The notes beneath the pieces were generated by a model. It searched no databases, was not told the origin of the DNA, and saw nothing but the letters and a program-made list of their open reading frames with translations. Below, piece by piece: positions 52,401 to 63,080 of a stretch of 64,000 nucleotides of DNA. The stretch lies in the NCBI RefSeq assembly GCF_009914755.1, contig NC_060932.1, one strand, 5' to 3'. The translations under genes were made by a program, and so were the position numbers. Origin of the DNA: the human T2T-CHM13v2.0 reference genome, Homo sapiens. Each line of letters begins with the position of its first letter. Within the stretch, counting starts at the first letter, position 1.

Positions 52401-54659
52401 CCGAAGGCCCCCACAAGCAGAAACAGGGCCGCAGAGTGGCATGTGAGTGCAGCAGGGACTCAGCGGGACATTGAGGCAGGCAGAAGGGAGAATCCGTGAA
52501 ACTGCAGGGAATGCTAGGAGACTCACAAGAAGACCTCTTCCATCCCAGAAGACCCCAGGGCTGTCCAGGGCGTACTGTAAAGCCTTAGGCTTAGGAGCAG
52601 GGTGCCTGTGTCTCTTGCGGAACAATCTCACAAGCGAAAATGGGGCCGCAGCGTGGCCTGGAAGGGTGGCAGGGACTTAGTGGGACATGAGGGAGGCAGA
52701 GGAGAGAAGCGACAAGACTGCAGGGAATGCTGGGAGCCTTCGAGGAGGACTCTCCCCACCCAAAATTCCCAGGAACTGTACTAGGTGGGCTATAAAATCC
52801 CAGGCATTGAAGCAGGGTGCCAGTGTCTCTTGCGGAAGGCCCCCACAAACAAAAACGTGGCCGCAGGTTTGCCTGGGGAGGGGGGGCTGCTGGGTCTGAG
52901 GGGACCATTGAGGCTGGCAGATGGGAGAAGCATCGAGACTTCAGGGAATGCTGGGAGCCTCTAATGGAGGCCTCTTCTATCCAAGAATCCCCCAGGACTG
53001 TCCCGGGCCGGCTGTAAGCGCAGTGTTTTGGAGCAAGGTCCCTGTGTCTCTCGAGGAAGGACCCCACAAGTGAAAAAGGAGCCACAGGGTGCCTTGGGAG
53101 GGCCACAGGGTCTCAGAGGGACATTGAGGCAAGGAGAGGGGAGAAGTGGCAAGACTTCAGGGAGTGATGAGAGCCTCGCAGTGAGGACTCTCCCATCCCA
53201 GAAGCCACCAGGGCTGTCCTGGGCAAGTTGTAAAGCCCAGGCTTTGGAACACGGTGCGTGTCTCTCTCTTCCAAGGCCCTCCCAAGCCTAAATGGAGCCA
53301 CAGACTGTCATGGGCGAGTCACAGGGCCTCAGGGGGCTGTTGAGGCAGGCAGAGGGGTGAAGCGGCGTGATGCCAGGAATGCTTGAAGCCTCCCATGGAG
53401 GCCTCTCTTATCCTAGAAGCCCCGGGGCTGTCTTGGTAGTGCTATAAAGCCCCAGGCATTAAAACAGGTGCCTGTGTCTCATGCCAAATGCCCCCACAAG
53501 CGAAACCGGGGCAGCAGAGTCGCCTGGGAGGAAGGCAGGGACTCAGGGGTATGTAGAGGCGGCAGAGGGTAAAAGGGGCAAGATCACAGGGAATACTGGC
53601 ATCCTTCTAAGAAGGCTTTTCCCATCCCAGAATCCCTCACGGCTGTCCTGGTCAGGCTGCAAAGCCCCAAGCTTTGGAGCAGTGTGACTATGTCTCTCGG
53701 GGAAGGCCCCTACAGGCAAGAATGGGGCATCAGGGTAACTTGGGCGGGCCACAGGGACTCAGGGGACATTGAGGCAGGCAGAGGGAAGATGCAGCAACAC
53801 CTCAGGGAATGTGGGGAGTTACCCAAGTAAACCTCTCCAATCTCACAAGTCCCCAGGTCTGTCCCGGTGTTGGAGCAGACTGCCTGTGTCTCTCACAGAA
53901 GTCCCCTCAAGTGAAAACGGGGACACAGTGTGGCATGGGCAAGTGGCAGGGACTCAGGGGGACTTTGATGCAGGCAGAGGGGATAAGCTGTGAGAATGCA
54001 GGAATGCTGGGAACGCCCCCAAGGAGGCCTCTCCCATCCCAGAAGTCCCCAGGGCTGTCCCTGGTGGGCAGTAAAGACCAAGGCTTTCCAGCAGGTTGCC
54101 TGTGTCTCTCCCAGAAGCCCCCAACAAGCGAAAGTGGGACCGCACAGTGTCGTCGGTAGGTCGCATGACCTTAGGGAGACATAGAGGGCCAGCAGAGGAG
54201 AGAAGCAGTGAGATGGCAGGGAATGCTGGGAGCCTCCCAAGGAGGTGTTTCCCATTTCAGAATCCCCCAGGGTGTCCTGGGTGGGCTGTTAAGCTCCAAA
54301 CTTTGGAACAGGATGCCTGTGTCTCTCACGGAAGTTGCCCAAGAGCAAAAACAGGGTCGCAGGGATGGGTAGGCCGCCCTTAGGGTCTCAGAAGGATGTT
54401 GTGGCAGGCTCAGGGGAGAAGCGCCGAGACCGCAGGGAATGCTGGGAGCCTCCCAAAGAAGACCTCTCCCATCACAGAAACCCCTAGGGCTGTTCCAGTC
54501 AGGCTGTAAAATCCCAGACTTTGGAGAACGGTGCCTGTGTCTCTGGCAGAAGGCCCCACAGGCGACAACAGGGCCGCACGGTGGCCTGGGAGAAAAACAG
54601 GGACTCGGGGGTCATTGAGGCAGGCAGATGGGAGAAGCGTCATGAACGCAGGAACTGCT

Positions 54660-55960
54660 TGGAGCCTAGCAAGGAGGCCTATCCCATCCCACAAGCTTCT
54701 AGAGCTGCCCCGGTCAGGCTGTAAAGCCCCAAGCATTGCAGCAGGATGCCTGTGTCTCTCACGGAAGGCCCCCACAAGCAAAAAGGGGATTAAGGGGTGT
54801 GGTGGGAGCGTCGCAGGGACTCAGGAGGACGTTGTGGGAGGCAGAGGGGAGAAGCAGCGAGACCACAAGTAATGCCGGTAGCCTCCCTAAAAGGACTCTC
54901 TCATCCTCGAAGCCCACAGTGCTGTCCCAGACAAGATGTAAAACTCCAGGCTTCAGAGCAGGGTGCCTGTGTCTCTCGCGGAAGGCCCCCACAAGCGAAA
55001 ACGGGGCTGCAGGGTGGCATGGGCAGGCCGTAGGGACTCAGGGGCCATTGAGGCGTGCAGAGGGGAGAAGCGGCAACATTGTAGGGAATGCCAGAAGACT
55101 CCAAAGGCGGCCTCTTTCATCCCAGAAGTCACCAGGGCTTTCCCTGGAGGGCTATAAAGCCCCAGACCTTGGAGCAGGTTGCCTATGTCTCTCGCGGAAG
55201 GCCCCCACAAGCAAAAACGGGGCAGCAGGGTGGTCTGGGCAGGCAGCAGGGACTTCGGGGAATGTTTGAGCCTGGTAGAGGATAGAAATAACAAGTCCGG
55301 CAGGAAAGCTGGTAGCCTCCCTCAAAGGACTCTGCCATCTCAGAAGCCCCCAGGGCTGTTTCAGTCCGGCTGTAAAGCCACAGGCTTTGGAGCAGGGTGC
55401 TTGTCTCTCTCCCTTAAGGCCCCCACAAGTGAAAACAGGGCTGCAGAGTGGCGTGGGCAGGAGACAGGGACTCAGGGGAACTTTGAGGCAGGCAGAGCGG
55501 AAAAGAGGCGAGACCACAGGGAACGCTAGGAGCTTTTGAAAGAGGCCTCTCCCATCCCAGATGCCCCCAGGACTGTCCTAGGCATGCTGTAAAGTCCCAG
55601 GCTTTCAAGCAGCGTGTCTGTGTCTCTCGCGGAAGGCAAACACAAGCCAAAACGGGGCTGCAAGAAGGCATGGGTGGCTCACAGAAACTCACGGGACCGT
55701 TAAGGCTGGCAGAGGGGAGAAGCAGCGAGATCGCTCGGAATGCTAGGAGCCTTCCAAGAAAAGCTCTCTTATCCCAGAAGCTTTCAAGGCTGTCCCTGGC
55801 GGGCTCTAAAGCCCCAGGCTTTTAAGCAGGTGCCAGGATCTCTCGAGGAAGGCCCCTTCAAGCGAAATCAGGACCGCAGGGTGGCCTGGGCAGGTGGCTG
55901 GGACTCGGGGAAGTTGAGGCAGGCAGAGGGAAGAAGCAGCAAGACCTCAGCAAATGCTGG
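54660..55960 (+). repeat. Internal duplication C, copy 1 (paralog of ~61780-63080)
   Basis: Shared variants at ~7.12-kb offset: AAGCTTCTAG 54693/61818, GGCAACATTG 55072/62198, AGATGCCCCCAGG 55559/62679, CAGGTGGCTGGGACTC 55891/63011. Confidence 0.8.
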
Positions 55961-58900
55961 AAGACTCCCAACGACGCCTCTCCCATCCCAGAGGCCCATA
56001 GGGATTTCCTGGCCGGGCTGTAAAGTCCCAGGCTTTGGAGCAGGGTGCCCGTGTCTCTGGCAGAAGGCCCTCACAGGGGAAAACGGGGCAGGGTGGCCTG
56101 GGAGGAAAACAGGGACTCAGGGAGAAGTTGAGACAGGCAGAGGGGAGAAGCGGCAAGAACACAGGGAATGCTGCAAGCCTCACAATGAGGGCTGTTCCAT
56201 CACAGAAGCCACCAGGTCTGTCCCAGGCAGGTTGTAAAGCCCCAAGGTTTGGTGCAGGGTCCCTGTGTCTCTCGCAGGAGGCCACCACAAGCGACGACAG
56301 GGACGCAGGTATGTCAATGCAGGTGGCAGTGACTCAGGGGGACATTGAGTCTGGCAGAGAAAAGAAGGGACGAGATCGCAGGAAATGCTGGGAGCCTCCC
56401 AAAGAAGCCTCTCCCATACCAGAAGCCCCCAGAGCTGTATTGGGCAGGCTGTAAAGCCCCAGGCTTTGGAGCAGGGTGCCTGTGTCTCTCCCTTAAGGAA
56501 ACTGCAAGCGAAAACGTGGCTGCAGTGTGGCATAGGCGGGCCACGGTGACTCAGAGGGACATTGAGGCAGGCAGAAGGGAGATGCAGCGATACTGCAGGA
56601 AGTGCTGAGAGCCTTTTAAGGAGGCCTCTGCCATCCCAGAAGTTCCCACGCTGTCCTGGGCGGGCAGTAATGCCCCAAGATTTGGAGCAAGGTGCCTGTG
56701 TCTCTTGTGTAAGGCCACCTCAGGCGAAAACCCGGCCACAGGGTGGCGTGGGTGGGCTGCAGGGACTTAGGGGGGCATCGAGGCAGGCAGAGGTGGGAAG
56801 CTGTGAGTCCACAAGGAATGCTGGTATTTTCCCAAGGAGGCCTTTCCCATCCCAGAAGCCCCCAGGTGTGTCCCAGGCGGGCTGTAAATACCCAAGCTTT
56901 AGAGCAGAGTGCCTGTATCTTTGCCGGAATGTTCTTACAAGCGAGAATGGGGCCGCAGAGTTGCAAGGACGGGCTGCAGGGACTCAGAGGGACACTGAGG
57001 CAGGCAGAGGGGAGAAGTGGCGAGATTGCAGGGAATGCTCGGAGTCTCCCAAGGACACCTCTCCCATCCCAGAAGCCCCCAGGTCTGTCCCGGGCGGGTT
57101 GTAAAGCCCCAGACTTTAGAGCAGTGTGCCTGTCTCTCTCGTGGAAGACCACCACAAGCAAAAACGGGGCAGCAGGGTGCTGTGGGCAGGCGAGGGGGAC
57201 TCGGTGGGGAGCTGAGGCAGGCAGAGGGGAGATGTGTCAAGACCGTGGGGAGTGCTGGGAGCCTCCCAAGCAGTCCTCTGCCATCCCAGAAGCCCACAGG
57301 ACTTTTTTGGGCGCTGTAATGCCTCACACTTTGGATCAGGGTGCCAGTGTCTCTCATGGAAGGCCCCCACAAGTGAAAACGGGTGTGCAGCATGGCCTGG
57401 GCAGGCGGCAGGGACTCGAGGACATACAGGCTGGCAGAGGCGAGAAGCGTCAAAACCGCAGGGAATTCTGAGAGATTCCCAAAGAGGTCTCTCCCACTTC
57501 AGCAGCACCCAGACTTTTCCTGGGTGGGCTGTAAAAGTCCTGGGCTTTGGAGCTGGGTGTCTGTGTCTCTCCCTTAAGGCCCCCACAAGCGAAAACAGGG
57601 CATCAGGGTGGGGTGGGTGGGACATAGGTTCTCAGGGAAACATTGAGGTCGGCAGAGTGGAGAATGGCAAGATCCCAGGGAATGCTAAGTTGCTCCGAAG
57701 GACGACTCTCCCATTCCAGAAGCCCTCTAGGCTGTACATAGCGGGCTGTAAAGGCCCAGGCTTTGGAGCAGTGTGGCTGTGTCTCTCACTGAAGGCCCCA
57801 CAAGCGGAAACAGGGCCACATGGTGGCGTGGAGAAGTCACAGGGACTCAGGGAGATGTTGAGACTGGCAGAGGGGAGAAGCAGCTAGACTGTAGGAAATG
57901 CTGGGAGCCTCTGACGGAGGCCTCTCCCATTTCTGAAGCCCCGAGGGCTGTCCCGGGCGGGCCATAAAGCCCCAGGCTTTGGAGCAGAGTGCCTGTTTCT
58001 TTTGCAGAAAGCCCCTGCAACCGAAAATGTGGCGTGGGGGGGTAGTAGGAACTCAGCGGGACATTGAGTCAGGCAGAGGAGAGAAGTAGCAAGATTCCAG
58101 GGAATGCTGGCAGCCTCCCATAGATGCCTCTCCCATTTCAGCAGCATCCAGGGCTGTCCTGGGCGGGCTGTAAATACCCAGACTTTGGTGCAGGCTGCCT
58201 GTGCCTCTTGCAGAAGGTCCCCATAAGCAAAAATGGGGCCGCAGGGTGGGGTGGGCGGGCGGCAGGGACTCAGTGGGATGTTGAGGCAGGAAGAGGGGAG
58301 AAGGGGCGATACCACAGAAAATGCTGGGAGACTCCCAAAAAGGTGTCTCCCATCCCAGAAGCCCCGAAGGCTCTCCGGGGTGTGTGTGAAAAGCCCCAAG
58401 CTTTGGAGCAGGGTGCCTATGTCTCATGCAGAAAGCCCCAAGAAGCGAAAACTGGGCCACAGTGTGGTGTGGGCCAATGGCAGAAACTCATGGGTATGTC
58501 GAGGCAGGCAGAGGTAAGAGACGGCGAGATGGCAGGGAATGCTGTGAGCCTCCCAAGAAGGCCTCTCCCATCGTAGAAGCCCCCATCGCTGTCTGGCCAG
58601 CTGTAAAGTCCCAGACTTTGGAGCAGGATACCTGTGTTTCTCGCTGAAGGCCCCACAAGTGAAAACAGGGCCACAAGGACCCATTGGCGAGCTGCAGGGA
58701 CTCAGGGAGACATTGAGGCAGATAGAAAGAAGAAGCAGCAAGATCACGTGGAATGCTGGGGTCCTCCCAAGGAGGCATCTCCCATTCCAGAAGACCCCAG
58801 GGCTGTCCCAGGTGGTTATACAGACCCAGACTTTGAACAGGTTGCCTATGTCTCTTGCGGAATTCCCCCACAATCTAAAACGGGACCGCATGGTGGCGTG

Positions 58901-61779
58901 GGCGGGCCGCGGGGACTCAGGGGGACATTGAGACAGGCAGAGGGGAGAGGTGTCATGACCACAGGGAATGCTGGAAGACTCCCAAGAAGATTTATTTCAT
59001 CCTAGAAGCCGCTATACGTGCTGTATAGCCTCAGGCTTTGGAGCAGTCTGCCTGTGTCTATCGAGGAACACCCACACAAGCGAGAATGGGGCAGCAGTTT
59101 GGCATGAGTGAGAGGCAGAAACTCAGGGGGACATTCAGGCAGGAAGGGGGAAAAAGGGTGAGACCGAAGAGAATGCTGGGAGCCTTCAAAAATGCTTCTT
59201 CCATCCTAGAAGCCCCCAGGGCAGTCTGGGGAGGGATGTGAAGCCACAGGCTTTTGAGCAGGTGCCTGTTTCTCCCGCGGAAGGCCCCCCCAAGCGAAAA
59301 TGGGGCCGCATGGTGGTGTGGGCAAGCCGCAGAAACTCAGGGGGATGTTGATAACAGGCGAATGGGAGAAGCAGCTAGACTGCAGGAAATTCTGGGAGCC
59401 TCCAAAGGGAGTCTCTCCCATCCCAGAAGCCCCCAGGGCTGCGCTGGGCAGGCTGTAAAGCCCCAGGATTTGGAAGAGGGTGCTTGTCTCTCTCACAGAA
59501 AGCCCCTACAAGCAAAAACTTGGCTGCAGGTTGGCGTGGGCGGGTGGCAAAGGCTCAGCGCTTTGTTTAGGCAGGCAGAGGAGAAAAGCAGCAAGACCGC
59601 AGGGAATGCTGAGAGCTCCCAAATATGCCTCTCACATTTCAGCAGCACCCAGGGCTGTCCCGGGCGGGCAGTAAAGCCCCAGACTTTGGAGCATGCTGCC
59701 TGTGTCTGTCGCGAAAGGCCCCCACAAGAGAAAACGGGGTCAGAGAGACTCAGGGGCGCATGGAGGCAGGCAGAGGAGAGAAGAGGTGATACCACAGAAA
59801 ATGCTAAGAACCTCCAAAACAGGTTTATCCCACCCCAGAAGCCCCAAAGGCTTTCCCGGGCGGGTTTTAATACCCAGGCTATTAAGCGGGGTGTCTGTGT
59901 CGCTCGCGGAAGGCCCCCACAAGTGAAAACGAGGCTGAAAAGTGGCGTGGGTGGGCCACAGGGACTCAAGGGGACGTAGAGGCAGGCAGGGGGGAGAAGG
60001 GGCGAGACTGCAGGGAGTGCTAGGAGCCTCCTAAGGAGGCCTATCCCATCCCAGAAGCCCCCAGGTTTGTCTCAGATGGGCTGTAATGCCCCAGGCTTTG
60101 GAGCAGGGTGCCTGTGTCTCTTGTGGAAGACCCCCAAAAGAGACTATGGGGAGGCAGGGTGGTGTGAGTGGGCTGCAGGGACTCAGGGAGACATTGAGGC
60201 AGGCAGACGGAAGAAGAGATGAGACCGCAGGGAATGCTGGAAGCCTCCCTAGGAGGCTTCTCTGATGCCGGAAGCCCGCAGGGATTTGTCGGGCCCAGGC
60301 GTTGGAGCAGGGTGCCTGTGTCTCTCGCAAAAGGCCTCCATAAGAGAAAACAGGGCCTCACAGTGGCGTGGGTGGGCGAAAGACACTCCGGGGAATGTGA
60401 AGGCAGGCAGAGGGGACAAGTGGCTAGACCACAGGGAATGCTGGGAGCGTCCCAAGGAGGTGTCTCCCATCCCAGAAGCCCCCAGCGCGGTCCCTGACAG
60501 ACTGTAATGCCCCAGGCTTTGGAGCAAGGTGCCTGGTTCTCTAGCAGAGGACCCCCAAAGGAGACAATGGGGCTGCAGGGTGGCGATGGCAGGCCGCAGG
60601 AACTCAGGGAAACGTTGAAGTAGGCAGACGGGAGAAGCGTCGCCACCACAGGAAATGCTGGGAGCCTCCTAAGAGGCAATCTCCCATCCCAAAAGCCCCT
60701 ATGGCTGTCCCGGTTGGGCCATAAAGTCCCAAACATTGGAGCAGGATGCCTGTGTCTCTCACAGTAGGCCCCCACAAGTGAAAATGGGGCCGCAGGGTGT
60801 GGTGAGCGGGAAGCAGGGACTCAGGGGTCGTTGCGGAAGGCAGAGGGGAGAAGTGGCAAGAACGCAAATAATGCTGGTAGCCTCCCAAAAAGGCCTCTCC
60901 TATCCTCGAAACACATAATGCTGTCCCAGGCGAGCTGTAAAGCCCCAGGCTTCGGCACAGGGTACCTGTGTCTCTCACAAGAGGCCCCCACAAGCAAAAC
61001 CAGGACAGTAAGTTGGCGTGGACAGGCCGCAGGGACTCAGGGTTACGTTGAGGCAGACAGAGAGGAGAAGCAGTGAGACCGCAGAAAATGCTGGCAGCCT
61101 CCCCAAAAGGTCTCTCCGATCCCAGAAGCCTCCAGGGTTGTCTACGTCCAGCTGTAAATCCCCTGGTTTTAATGCAGGGTGCCTGTGTCTCTCGGAAAAG
61201 GTCCCCACAAGTGAAAACAGGGCCACAGGGTGGCATGGGCGGACCGCAAGTTGTCTTGGGTGGCGGCAGGGACTTAGGGTGACATTGAGGCAGGAAGAGG
61301 AAAGAAGTAGCGAGACAGCAGGGAATGTTGGGAGCCTCCCAAGGAGGCTTCTCGCATTCCAGAAGCCCCCAGGGCTGTCCCGGGCGGGTTGTAATGCCCC
61401 AGACTTTGGAGATGGATGCCTATGTCTCTTGCAAAAGGTCTCCACAAATGAAAAGAAAGCCTTAGAGTAGCCTCGGCGTGCCGCAGGGTGGCGTGGGCGG
61501 GCCACAGAAACTCAGGGGAACATTGAAACAGGCAGAGGGGAGAAGCAGCAAGACCGGAGGGAATGCTGGGAGCCTCCCAAAGAGGCCTCTCTTATCCCAG
61601 AAGTCCCCAGATCTGTTTCAGACGGGCTGTAATGCCCCAGTCATTGAAGCAGGGTGCCTGGGTCTCTCGTGGAAGACCCCCAAAAGAGACCACGGGGTAG
61701 CAGGTTGGCGTGGGCGGGCCACAGGGACTCAGGGATACGTTGAGGCAGGCAGAAGCCAGAAGCTGCAAGATGGCAGGAA

Positions 61780-63080
61780 ATGCTCGGAACCTCACAAAGA
61801 GGCCTCTCCAATCCCAGAAGCTTCTAGGGCTGTTCCAGTCGGGCAGTCAAGTTCCAAGCATTAAAGCGGGAAGCCTGTGTCTCTCACGGTAGGCCCCTAC
61901 AAGCGAAAATGAGGCCACAGGGTGTAATGGGCGGGTCAGAGGGACTCAGAGGGCAGTTGCAGAAGGCAGAGGGGAGAAGCGGCGAGACTGCAAGTAAAGC
62001 TGGTAGCCTCCCAAAAAGGTCTCTCCAATCATCTAAGCACACAGTACTGTCCCAGGCAAGCTGTAAAGCTCCAGGCTTCAGAACAGGGTGACTGTGTCTC
62101 TCGCGGAAGGCCCCCACAAGCAAAAATGGGGACACACGGTGGCCTGGGTGAGTCGCAGGGACCCAGGGGGACATTGAGGCAGGCATAGAGGAGACTAGGC
62201 AACATTGCAGGGAATGCTGGGGGACTCCCAAGGAAGACTCTTTTATTCCAGAAGCCCCCAGGGCTGTCCTGGGCAGGCTATAAAGCCCCAGGCTTTGGAG
62301 CAGGGACACTGTGTCTCTGGTGGAAGCCCCCTACAAGCAAAAACGGGGCGGCAGGGTGGCCTGGGCGGGCAGGGAAACTTTGGTAGATGTTGAGGCTGGC
62401 AGAGAATAGAAGTGACGAGACCAGCGGGAAGGCTGGTAGCCTCCCTTGAAGGCCTCTGCCATCCCATAAGCCCCCAGAGCTGTCCCGGTAGGGCTGTAAC
62501 GCCCCTGGTTTTGGAGCAGCGTGCTTCTGTCTCTCCCTTAAGACCCCCACAAGCGAAAACAGGATGGCAGAATGGAGTGGGCTGGTCACAGGGACTCAGG
62601 ACTTTGAGCAGGCAGAGAGGAAAAGAGACGAGACGACAGGAACTGCTAGGAGCTTCTGAATAAGAACTCTCCCGTCCTAGATGCCCCCAGGGCTGTTCCA
62701 TGCACACTGTATAGCCCAGGCTTTCCAGCAGGGTGCCTGTGTCTCTCGCGGAAGGCACACAGAATTAAAAATGGGGCCACAGGATGGCATGGGCAGCTCG
62801 CAAAAACTCAGGAAACCACTAAGGCTGGCAGAGGGGAGAAGCAGCGAGACAGCTGGGAATGCTGGGAGCCTTCCAAGAAGGCCTCTCTTATCCCAGAAGC
62901 CTTCAGGTTTGTCCCAGGCAGGCTCTAAAGCCCCAGGCTTTAAAGCAGTGTGCCTGTGCCTATCGAGCAATGCCCCCTCAAGCAAAAACGGGACTGCAGG
63001 GTGGCCTGAGCAGGTGGCTGGGACTCAGGGGGACGTTGAGGTAGGCAGAGAAAAGAAGCAGCAAGACCGCAGGAAATCCT
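61780..63080 (+). repeat. Internal duplication C, copy 2
   Basis: Same anchors as copy 1; boundaries approximate. Confidence 0.8.
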
